DNA from: Tissierellia bacterium
Lineage (GTDB): Bacteria > Bacillota > Clostridia > Tissierellales > Tissierellaceae
NCBI GenBank assembly: GCA_012521625.1
Contig: JAAYLY010000052.1
Location: 1 to 32,356, forward strand
DNA: 32,356 bases
Direction: 5' to 3'
The notes under the pieces were generated by a model, which saw only the letters and a program-made list of their open reading frames with translations, ran no database searches and had not been told where the DNA came from. Below, piece by piece: positions 24,327 through 32,356 of the stretch (position 1 is the stretch's first letter; the number at the start of each line of letters is the position of its first letter). The translations under genes and the position numbers were made by a program.

Positions 24327-25243
24327 TTATCCTCTCCGATAATTTTTATCTCAGGTTCTAAATCTACTCCAAACTTATCCTTAACAGTCTTTTGGACTAT
24401 GGAAATTAAATTTAGCACGTCTTTACAGCTGGCATTATCTATATTAACTATAAAGCCACAATGCTTATCTGAAACCTGTGCTCCACCGTGGATTAAGCCC
24501 TTAAGACCAGCATCCTCAATTAACTTGCCAGCATAATGGCCTTCAGGTCTTTTAAAGGTAGATCCTCCACTGGGCAGTTCTAGTGGCTGCTTGGATGTCC
24601 TCCTCTGGGTTAATTCTCGCATGGTCCTTCCTATTTCATCATAATCCCCATGTTCCAACTCTATCTCCACACCCAGAACTATCAGTCCTTCATCTGCCAC
24701 CCGGCTGCCTCTGTATCTAAAATTCATCTCCTCATTAGTAAGTTCTAGGATATTATTATCCCTATCTATAACCCTAACCTTCTTAACTATATCCTTCATC
24801 TCCCCCCCATAGGCTCCTGCATTCATGGTTATGGCCCCGCCTATGGTACCAGGTATGCCGTTGGCAAACTCCATACCTTTTAAGGAATGTTTATAGGCCC
24901 TACGGCTGACAGCTGTCAATGAGGCCCCTGCCTGGCAAAAGATCTTATTATCCTTAATCTCTATTGAATCTAATCCATCGTTTACCTTAATGACAACTCC
25001 CCTGATGCCCCCATCCCTTACTAAGAGATTTGAGCCGTTACCCATTATGTAAAAATCTATATTATTATCCCTGCATATCTTAACCCCTTCTATTAACTGC
25101 TCTTCAGTTTGAGGGATTATCATCACATCAGCTGGACCACCTATTTTAAAAGATGTATGCTTCTTCATAGCTTCGTCAAAGAGTATCAATCCTAGGTCTA
25201 AACTATTATCGCGAAAAAATTGGACTAACTGAACCTTATCCAA
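24323..25243 (-). CDS. murB: UDP-N-acetylenolpyruvoylglucosamine reductase
   Basis: HTSFKIGGPADV, GNGSNLL, AGASL, GGSTFKRP. Confidence 0.96.
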   Translation of the reverse strand: MDKVQLVQFFRDNSLDLGLILFDEAMKKHTSFKIGGPADVMIIPQTEEQLIEGVKICRDNNIDFYIMGNGSNLLVRDGGIRGVVIKVNDGLDSIEIKDNKIFCQAGASLTAVSRRAYKHSLKGMEFANGIPGTIGGAITMNAGAYGGEMKDIVKKVRVIDRDNNILELTNEEMNFRYRGSRVADEGLIVLGVEIELEHGDYDEIGRTMRELTQRRTSKQPLELPSGGSTFKRPEGHYAGKLIEDAGLKGLIHGGAQVSDKHCGFIVNIDNASCKDVLNLISIVQKTVKDKFGVDLEPEIKIIGEDN

Positions 25244-25356
25244 TATACCACTCCTAACTCTATATTCTTAGTCTATTTTATCATATACCTTTATATAAGG
25301 CTATATTCATATTTTTATGTAATGAAGGCGGGATTATCATGGTTGAAAATACCAAT

Positions 25357-25390
25357 TAAAAAAGGGCTATCAGTTATACTGATAACCCTT
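25357..25390 (-). terminator. Rho-independent terminator after PFOR
   Basis: gggctatcag (25364-25373) / ctgataaccc (25379-25388), one mismatch. On the minus strand it is followed by ttttttaatt. Confidence 0.7.
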
Positions 25391-25405
25391 TAATTCTAGT
25401 TTAGA

Positions 25406-28400
25406 TTAGTCCCATGCTTGAGCCATTCTCTTGTAGTTTTCGTATCTTAACTTAGCATGTTTTTCTGCTGCTTCGAATAATTCTTCAGCTAGCTCTGGGA
25501 ATTTCTTTTGAAGTGCTGTATATCTTACTTCTGATGTTATGAAATCCCTGAAGGAAGCTGTTGGTTCTTTTGAATCTAATTGGAATGGATTCTTGCCTTG
25601 TTCTGCAAGTCTTGGGTCGAATCTGTATAGGTGCCAGTATCCAGCTTCTACAGCTCTCTTTTCTTGTCTTACGCTTGTACCCATACCAGTTCTTATACCG
25701 TGGTTGATACATGGTGCGTAAGCTATTACTAGTGAAGGTCCGTCATAGGATTCAGCTTCAACTATAGCCTTAATAGCATGGTTCATGTTAGCACCTAGGG
25801 CAATTTGAGCTACGTATACATAGCCGTAAGTTGCAGCTATCATACCAAGGTCTTTCTTCCTAACTTGCTTACCAGCAGCGGCAAACTTAGCTACTGCAGC
25901 AGTTGGAGTTGACTTAGATGATTGACCACCTGTGTTTGAGTAAACTTCTGTATCCATTACTAGGACGTTTATATCTTCTCCGGATGCTAATACGTGGTCT
26001 AAGCCGCCGAAGCCGATGTCGTAAGCCCAGCCGTCTCCACCAAGGATCCAGATGGATTTCTTAATTAGGTAGTCTTTTCTATCTTTGATTTCTGCTAGGA
26101 TTCTGTCAGCTTCTTCGTTGCCAGTCTTAGCATCTAATCTTGGTAAGATCATTCCAGCAGCTGCCTTACTTGCTTTAGCATCGTTCATTCCTTCAATCCA
26201 TTGCTTGAAGTATTCGTTTAATTCAGAATCAAGCTCAAGAGCAAGGAATTCTTCCATTAAGGACTTGATCTTATCCCTAATTTGTCTGTTAGCTATTGCC
26301 ATACCGTATCCGAACTCAGCATTGTCTTCGAATAAGGAGTTAGCCCAAGCAGGTCCTTTACCCTCATGGTTAGCGCAGTATGGAGTTGATGGTGCAGAAC
26401 CACCCCAGATTGATGAACAACCTGTAGCGTTAGCTATATACATCCTATCTCCGAATAGTTGAGTGATCAACTTAACATAAGCTGTCTCTCCACAACCAGC
26501 ACAAGCCCCTGAGAACTCAAGTAATGGTTGTTTAAACTGGCTACCCTTGATAGTGTCGACTTTCATTAAGTCTTCCTTTGGACTTACTGTCATAGCAAAA
26601 TCCCAGTTTGGAGATTGCTCTTCAAATTCTTCTTCAAATGGCTTCATAACTAAGGCTTTTTCCTTAGCTGGACATACTTCAGCACAGTTTCCGCAGCCTG
26701 TACAGTCTAGAGTTGATACTTGCATACGGTATTCTAAACCTTCTAAGCCTCTACCGATTGCCTTGATAGTTTCGAAGCTTTCTGGTGCATTTGCCTTTTC
26801 TTCTTCATTTAATAAGAATGGTCTTATAGTAGCATGTGGACATACGAATGAACATTGGTTACATTGGATACAGTTTTCCTTAATCCAGTGTGGAACCTCT
26901 ACTGCAATTGCACGTTTTTCATACCTTGCAGTACCGTTAGGGAATGTACCGTCTTCCATACCAACAAAGGCACTTACTGGTAGGTTGTCTCCCTCTTGTC
27001 TGTTCATTGGGATTAAGATGTTTTCGATGAACTCTGGTAATTCTTTCTTTTCTTCTTCTTCATCTACAGCATCTTTCCAGTGTGCTGGAACATCTATCTT
27101 AACTACCGAGTCGATTCCTCTATCTACAGCTTCATAGTTCATGTTTACGATGTGATCGCCCTTGCTGCCATAAGTTTCCTTGATAGATCTCTTTAGGTGT
27201 TCAATAGCTTCTTCTAGTGGTAATACTTCAGCTAATTTGAAGAAGGCTGATTGCATAATCATGTTAGTTCTTCCACCAAGACCTATCTCAGCAGCTATCT
27301 TAGTAGCGTTGATAGTGTAGAAGTTAATGTCGTTTTCAGCAATGTATCTCTTCATACTTGCTGGTAGGTTTTCTTCTAACTCTTCTTCATCCCAGATGCA
27401 GTTTAGTAGGAATGTTCCGCCCTTCTTCAATCCCTTTAGTAGGTCGTATTGGTATACGTAGGATTGCTTGGAGCAGGAGATGAAGTCAGCATCTGTAATT
27501 AAGTAAGTTGATTTGATTGGCTCATGGCCGAATCTTAAGTGGGATATTGTAACTCCACCGGACTTCTTACTGTCGTAAGCGAAGTATCCTTGAGCATACA
27601 TGTCAGTATCGTCACCGATGATCTTAATAGCTTGCTTATTAGCACCTACTGTACCATCGGAACCGAATCCCCAGAACTTACACTTAATAGTTCCTTTTGG
27701 TTCAGTGTTTATAGTTTCTTTTATTTCTAAGGATGTATGAGTTACATCATCTACTATACCAACAGTAAATCTATCTTTAGGTTGGTCTTGTTTTAAGTTT
27801 TCATATACTGCTAATATGTGAGAAGGTATTGTATCCTTGGAAGCTAGTCCATATCTTCCGCCTACAATTAATGGTCGATATTCTTCACCGTAGAAGATAC
27901 TCTTAACATCTAGGTGTAGTGGCTCTGCTATAGCGCCTTTTTCCTTAGTTCTGTCTAAAACAGCTATTCTCTTAACTGTCTTTGGTAGTACATCTAAGAA
28001 GTACTCTTTTACAAATGGTCTATATAGGTGAACTTTAATTAGACCTACTTTTTCGCCCCTATCCATTAGGTAATCAATTGTTTCTTCGATAGTTTGAGTT
28101 ACTGAACCCATAGCTACGATTACATATTCAGCTTCTGGATGTCCATAGTAGTTAAATGGCTTGTAATCTCTACCAGTTAATTTGGAGATTTCCTTCATAT
28201 AATCGTAGGCAATTTCACCTATTCTTTCATAGTAAGGATTGGAAGCTTCTACTGCTTGGAAATAGATATCTGGGTTTTGAGCAGTACCCCTAGTTACAGG
28301 ATGCTCTGGATTTAAAGCCCTATCCCTAAACTCTTGTAAAGCTTCATAATCTACTAATTTAGCTAAATCGTCATATTCTAATACTTCAATCTTTTGGATT

Positions 28401-28936
28401 TCGTGGCTTGTCCTAAATCCATCGAAGAAGTGTAGGAATGGAACTCTACCCTTGATTGCTGCAAGGTGAGCTACTGCTCCTAAGTCCATAACTTCTTGTA
28501 CGCTTGCTGATGAAAGCATAGCAAAACCTGTTTGTCTTGCAGCCATAACGTCTTGATGGTCACCAAATATACTTAAAGCATGGGAAGCTAATGCTCTAGC
28601 TGATACGTGGAAAACTCCTGGTAAAAGCTCTCCAGCAATCTTGTACATATTTGGAATCATCAATAATAGACCTTGGGATGCAGTGTATGTAGTCGTAAGA
28701 GCACCTGCTTGCAATGAACCGTGCACTGCACCTGCTGCACCTGCCTCAGATTGCATTTCCTTAACTAGGACTCTTTGTCCGAAGATGTTTTTCTTACCAT
28801 TTGCCGCCCATTCATCAACGTGTTCTGCCATGTCTGATGAAGGAGTTATTGGATAGATGGCCGCTACATCAGTAAACGCATAGGATACGTACGCTGCAGC
28901 GGTATTACCATCCATGGTCTTCATAACTTTAGCCAT
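25406..28936 (-). CDS. nifJ: Pyruvate:ferredoxin (flavodoxin) oxidoreductase
   Basis: 1176 aa. Two ferredoxin-type motifs, CIQCNQCSFVCPHA and CTGCGNCAEVCPA. TPP site GGDGWAYDIGFGG. SD GAGGAGG lies upstream. Confidence 0.97.
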   Translation of the reverse strand: MAKVMKTMDGNTAAAYVSYAFTDVAAIYPITPSSDMAEHVDEWAANGKKNIFGQRVLVKEMQSEAGAAGAVHGSLQAGALTTTYTASQGLLLMIPNMYKIAGELLPGVFHVSARALASHALSIFGDHQDVMAARQTGFAMLSSASVQEVMDLGAVAHLAAIKGRVPFLHFFDGFRTSHEIQKIEVLEYDDLAKLVDYEALQEFRDRALNPEHPVTRGTAQNPDIYFQAVEASNPYYERIGEIAYDYMKEISKLTGRDYKPFNYYGHPEAEYVIVAMGSVTQTIEETIDYLMDRGEKVGLIKVHLYRPFVKEYFLDVLPKTVKRIAVLDRTKEKGAIAEPLHLDVKSIFYGEEYRPLIVGGRYGLASKDTIPSHILAVYENLKQDQPKDRFTVGIVDDVTHTSLEIKETINTEPKGTIKCKFWGFGSDGTVGANKQAIKIIGDDTDMYAQGYFAYDSKKSGGVTISHLRFGHEPIKSTYLITDADFISCSKQSYVYQYDLLKGLKKGGTFLLNCIWDEEELEENLPASMKRYIAENDINFYTINATKIAAEIGLGGRTNMIMQSAFFKLAEVLPLEEAIEHLKRSIKETYGSKGDHIVNMNYEAVDRGIDSVVKIDVPAHWKDAVDEEEEKKELPEFIENILIPMNRQEGDNLPVSAFVGMEDGTFPNGTARYEKRAIAVEVPHWIKENCIQCNQCSFVCPHATIRPFLLNEEEKANAPESFETIKAIGRGLEGLEYRMQVSTLDCTGCGNCAEVCPAKEKALVMKPFEEEFEEQSPNWDFAMTVSPKEDLMKVDTIKGSQFKQPLLEFSGACAGCGETAYVKLITQLFGDRMYIANATGCSSIWGGSAPSTPYCANHEGKGPAWANSLFEDNAEFGYGMAIANRQIRDKIKSLMEEFLALELDSELNEYFKQWIEGMNDAKASKAAAGMILPRLDAKTGNEEADRILAEIKDRKDYLIKKSIWILGGDGWAYDIGFGGLDHVLASGEDINVLVMDTEVYSNTGGQSSKSTPTAAVAKFAAAGKQVRKKDLGMIAATYGYVYVAQIALGANMNHAIKAIVEAESYDGPSLVIAYAPCINHGIRTGMGTSVRQEKRAVEAGYWHLYRFDPRLAEQGKNPFQLDSKEPTASFRDFITSEVRYTALQKKFPELAEELFEAAEKHAKLRYENYKRMAQAWD

Positions 28937-29042
28937 GTTATATAAACCTCCTCTAAATTTTTAGAATTGTAGTAAAATTAACACCAATTGTAAAGCGTTT
29001 GCATTTTTTGGTTTAAAGAAAAAATTTTTTCTTCACTTTTTA

Positions 29043-29071
29043 AGTATATTAAAGATTAAAAGTAAAGTCAA
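29043..29071 (-). promoter_or_regulatory. Candidate sigma-A promoter for PFOR
   Basis: On the minus strand, TTGACT (29071-29066), a 17-nt spacer, then TATACT (29048-29043). Implies a leader of about 100 nt. Confidence 0.55.
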
Positions 29072-29082
29072 CTAACTTGCAA

Positions 29083-29113
29083 TAAAAACCGTCAAATTCT
29101 TGACAGTTTTTTT
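29083..29113 (-). terminator. Terminator hairpin immediately after hprK
   Basis: aaaaa ccgtcaa attc ttgacag ttttttt. A 7-bp stem with one mismatch flanked by A and T runs. On the minus strand it is followed by tttttatt. Confidence 0.5.
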
Positions 29114-29116
29114 AAT

Positions 29117-30082
29117 TTAATCCGATAAAGTTCTCCCATTTTTCTTTTCTTTCAACCTTTGATTGAGCTTTATCTGCCTCTTAATCCTTTCGTTTAATTC
29201 CTTAGCTGCATTATAGCCCAAGACCTTCTGTCTAAAGTTCCTGGCTGCAACCTCTATGATCATGGCTACATTCCTACCTGGGCGGACTGGAACAGTTATA
29301 GTGGATATGGGGATACCCAAAATTTCTGTATATTTTTCATCTAGACCAATCCTATCATATTCCTTATTATCATCCCAAAGTTCTAACTCAACTATAAGCT
29401 CTATGAACTCATCGTTTTTAACAGACCCTACCCCATATAGCCTCTCTATATCCAATATACCCAGTCCCCTAATCTCCATAAAGTGTTTAGTAATCTCTGG
29501 TGACCTTCCCTGCAACATGTCCTCTATCCTCTTGATTATGACCGTATCATCGGAAACCAACCTGTGGCCTCTTATAACCAGGTCTAAGGCTGTTTCAGAT
29601 TTTCCCACACCTGATTTGCCAGTAATTAGAATACCTACTCCATAGACTTCCACTAAAACCCCGTGAACCCTAGTCTCCGGCGATAGTTGTATATCTATAT
29701 AAGAGATTAGCTTATTGAAGAGTTTTGAGGTATCATCCTTAGACCTTAGGATGGTCCTATCATGCTTTTTTGCCAGTTCTAATAATTCTGGAAAGACAGG
29801 TAGGTTCCTTGAGATAATTAGAGCAGGAATAGGATAGCTTAAAAACTTATCAATACTTTCATACCTCTTAGTATGGTGTAGTTGTTCATAATAGTGCCAT
29901 TCGGCACTCCCAATTACCTGTAGCCTTTCAGGTACAAATTTTTCATAATAGCCTGCCATCTGTAAGCCAGGTCTACTGATTTCACTGGAATGAATCATAG
30001 TCTCCTCGTATTCAGAAGATGCATGGATAATTTCTAAATTCATTTCTTTAACTATAGACTTTAATGGTACGTGTATCATCAT
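29117..30082 (-). CDS. hprK: HPr kinase/phosphorylase
   Basis: VHGVLVEVYGVGILITGKSGVGKSETALDL Walker A, IRGLGI signature. 321 aa. Confidence 0.96.
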   Translation of the reverse strand: MMIHVPLKSIVKEMNLEIIHASSEYEETMIHSSEISRPGLQMAGYYEKFVPERLQVIGSAEWHYYEQLHHTKRYESIDKFLSYPIPALIISRNLPVFPELLELAKKHDRTILRSKDDTSKLFNKLISYIDIQLSPETRVHGVLVEVYGVGILITGKSGVGKSETALDLVIRGHRLVSDDTVIIKRIEDMLQGRSPEITKHFMEIRGLGILDIERLYGVGSVKNDEFIELIVELELWDDNKEYDRIGLDEKYTEILGIPISTITVPVRPGRNVAMIIEVAARNFRQKVLGYNAAKELNERIKRQIKLNQRLKEKKNGRTLSD

Positions 30083-30088
30083 ATCACC

Positions 30089-30277
30089 TTATCGACTTGG
30101 TATTATTATTGCTGCTAAAATATATGCTAGTAGCCCACCAAAGATTGCAGTAGCTATACTAAAGAAGACCCAGGCTAACCTGATTAGGGTTGGGTCTATA
30201 TTGAAGTACTCCCCTATACCGCCGCAAACTCCTGCTATCATCTTATTAGTATCTGACCTATAGAGCCTTTTATGCAT
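30089..30277 (-). CDS. PspC domain-containing small membrane protein
   Basis: LYRSDTNKMIAGVCGGIGEYFNIDPTLIRLAWV followed by one TM helix. SD GGAGGAG lies upstream. 8-nt overlap with the uvrC 3' end. Confidence 0.85.
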   Translation of the reverse strand: MHKRLYRSDTNKMIAGVCGGIGEYFNIDPTLIRLAWVFFSIATAIFGGLLAYILAAIIIPSR

Positions 30278-32147
30278 CCTTCTCCTCCCTTCCTTCCTGC
30301 CTGAAATGATTATATAGATTTTCTGCGGCTACCCTATTCATACCCTTTACACTGGCTAATTCATCGATACTGGCATTTTTTATTTTCTCTATGGATTTAA
30401 AATGTCTCATCAGGGCTAGCTTACGCTTTTCCCCTATTCCCTTAATATCGTCTAACTGGGATTTGAAAAGGTCCTTCCTCCTTAAGCTCTTGTGGTAGCT
30501 TATAGCAAACCTATGGGCCTCCTCCTGAATCTTATATATCAGCTTAAAGCCTAGGGAATCTTCCGGCAGCCTATACTCCTTATTATTATATATAATCCCC
30601 CTAGTTTTATGAAAATCATCCTTAACTAGACCGCAAACGGGTATATTTATCCCCAGTTCTTCTAAGACCCTTAAGGCTACATTTACCTGACCTTTTCCAC
30701 CGTCTATCATTATAAGGTCTGGAAAGGCTGAAAAACCCTTGATTCCCATCTGGTCATCTAGCTTCTTCTTCTCCTCCAGCCCCCTAATAAATCTCCTCCT
30801 TAGAACTTCCTCCATGCTAGCATAGTCATCGGGAGTAGTGACGGACTTGATCCTAAACCTCCTATAGTCGGACTTCTTAGCCTCTCCATTTTCAAAGACT
30901 ACCATGGAGCCTACAGATTGAACTCCGCTGATGTTGGAAATATCGTAGGCCTCTATCCTTTCCGGAAAATCCTCCAGCCTCAATAAATCCTGGATCTCCT
31001 CTAAGGACTTCAGGTTCTCCCTATGCTTCTTCAAGAATTTATCGCCGTATTTATTAATCATCTCTAGGGCATTTTTCCTTACCATTTCAACTAGCTTTAA
31101 CTTTTCCCCTCTTTTTGGTACGCTGATGGTTACCTTTGAGCCCTTCTTAGCCGTCAACCACTTTTCAACTACCTCAGAATCTGTTATATCATCTTCCAAT
31201 ATAATCTCCTTAGGTATATAGGCTGAACCGATGTAGAACTGCTTAATAAAGGAGCTTAAGACCTCCCCCCTATCTTCCCTATAGGTATCCTCCATCAGGT
31301 AGTGTTCCCTACCTATGATCTTGCCAGACCTAATGAAGAAGACTTGGACGCAGACTTCCTCTATACCCCTGGCCATAGCGATAACATCCTGGTCAATGGC
31401 GTTAGCAGATACGATTTTTTGCTCCTCTTGGAGTAGCCTAAGGGCATTTAACTGGTCCCTATAGACACTAGCCTTTTCAAACTCCAAATTCTTTGAAGCC
31501 TCCAACATCTTCCTTTCTATATCTTTTATTAAGCTTAGATCCTTCCCATCTAGGAAGCGGATGATTTCATTGATCATTTCCATATATTCATCCTCATCTA
31601 CCCTACCTAGGCAGGGGGCATTACACCTGCCTATATGATAATTTAAACAGGGTCGGAAATTACCTAAACTCTTCTCCAAATTCAGCTTACAAGTCCTAAT
31701 AGGATAGATATCGTGGATTACATCGATAGAGTCGTTTACAGCCGAAGCACTTGGATAGGGGCCAAAATACTTGGCCCCATCCTTTAAAACCTTCCTAGTC
31801 TTCACAACCCTAGGATATTTTTCATTTAGGGTTACCTTAATATAGGGGTACTGTTTATCATCCCTTAGGAGGATGTTGTACTTAGGTCTATGCTTTTTAA
31901 TAAGGTTGGCCTCCAGTACCAAGGCTTCCACTTCATTGTCTACTATAATATATTCAAACTCCTTAATATGGCTAACCATACTTCTTACTTTCATTGGTTG
32001 ATTGTTAGGAGATTGAAAATACTGCCTAACCCTCTTCTTAAGGGATATGGCCTTACCTACGTATATTATATCATCGGATTTGTCCTTCATTATATAAACA
32101 CCTGGTTTATCAGGTAGTTTCTTCAACTCTTCCTCTATATTAAACAT
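30270..32147 (-). CDS. uvrC: Excinuclease ABC subunit C
   Basis: GIY-YIG N-terminus (KPGVYIMKDKSDDIIYVGKA), UVR domain (EFEKASVYRDQLNAL), C-terminal (HhH)2 (IKGIGEKRKLALMRHF). Confidence 0.96.
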   Translation of the reverse strand: MFNIEEELKKLPDKPGVYIMKDKSDDIIYVGKAISLKKRVRQYFQSPNNQPMKVRSMVSHIKEFEYIIVDNEVEALVLEANLIKKHRPKYNILLRDDKQYPYIKVTLNEKYPRVVKTRKVLKDGAKYFGPYPSASAVNDSIDVIHDIYPIRTCKLNLEKSLGNFRPCLNYHIGRCNAPCLGRVDEDEYMEMINEIIRFLDGKDLSLIKDIERKMLEASKNLEFEKASVYRDQLNALRLLQEEQKIVSANAIDQDVIAMARGIEEVCVQVFFIRSGKIIGREHYLMEDTYREDRGEVLSSFIKQFYIGSAYIPKEIILEDDITDSEVVEKWLTAKKGSKVTISVPKRGEKLKLVEMVRKNALEMINKYGDKFLKKHRENLKSLEEIQDLLRLEDFPERIEAYDISNISGVQSVGSMVVFENGEAKKSDYRRFRIKSVTTPDDYASMEEVLRRRFIRGLEEKKKLDDQMGIKGFSAFPDLIMIDGGKGQVNVALRVLEELGINIPVCGLVKDDFHKTRGIIYNNKEYRLPEDSLGFKLIYKIQEEAHRFAISYHKSLRRKDLFKSQLDDIKGIGEKRKLALMRHFKSIEKIKNASIDELASVKGMNRVAAENLYNHFRQEGREEKDA

Positions 32148-32315
32148 ACTTTCACCCTTTATTATCCCTTGATAAATTTATTCCTTTGGTAAAAATATTA
32201 TATCATACAATTGACAATTACCCATTAATAATTAAATAGTCAATGGATAAAGATAAAATTTATCTATATCTAAAATCAGAGTTCTATATCTGAAATTTTA
32301 GTATAATAATAACTT

Positions 32316-32351
32316 GGACCACACATGGCATAAACTTCCAATGTGTGGTCC
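32316..32351 (-). terminator. 11-bp perfect hairpin, probable terminator of the gene upstream of uvrC (outside the window)
   Basis: ggaccacacat (32316-32326) / atgtgtggtcc (32341-32351) with a 14-nt loop. On the minus strand it is followed by the T-rich aagttattattat. Confidence 0.4.
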
Positions 32352-32356
32352 TCTTA

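Noticed and set aside
28989-29003. Canonical CcpA cre site in the PFOR leader.
   Set aside because: It is 15 nt rather than 14. On either strand the 3' half-site falls out of register with TGWAANCGNTNWCA. Kept only as 'cre-like' within a finding.
32240-32300. Direct repeat tctatatct (x2, 20 nt apart) and a possible SOS (Cheo/LexA) box upstream of uvrC.
   Set aside because: No GAAC-N4-GTTC match is present (only agaactctgatttt). 9-mer repeats in AT-rich spacer DNA are not significant on their own.

Overview
This is a 32.4 kb chromosomal window from a low-GC Firmicute (Clostridia/Tissierellia-like). Gene order is largely the conserved housekeeping block on the minus strand: uvrC, pspC-like, hprK, PFOR (nifJ), murB, PHP phosphoesterase, rapZ, yvcK, [M42 peptidase on +], NUDIX, whiA, HPr-like, dnaE, orf64, pfkA, pyk, cvfB, then an alpha/beta hydrolase, a MATE exporter, [LysM protein on +], yjbQ and rlmD-like. 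Only two genes are on the plus strand.

Two segments stand out as visibly more AT-rich than their neighbours and look accessory:
- **Left edge, 1..~2900.** A translationally coupled beta-class DNA methyltransferase plus a 333-aa protein with a clear N-terminal PD-(D/E)XK nuclease motif and an otherwise unrecognisable body. This is a Type II R-M-like module. It also has a 76-aa gene, a 21-aa micro-ORF with a strong SD, and a GC-rich nested hairpin element.
- **8342..10956.** An orphan trio of prepilin-type (class III signal peptide) proteins resembling a GspI/J/K- or PilV/W/X-like tip complex. The K/PilX-like member is enlarged to 571 aa and carries tandem ~19-aa Gly/Asn repeats. No major pilin, ATPase, platform or prepilin peptidase is present in the window.

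I saw no rRNA, tRNA, CRISPR array, transposase or integrase. Several ORF-track starts are over-extended (GTG/TTG or upstream ATG). I moved them to the start codon preceded by a Shine-Dalgarno: 4954, 7241, 8887, 9230, 18567 and 20339. All functional calls rest on motifs read by eye. No database search was run.
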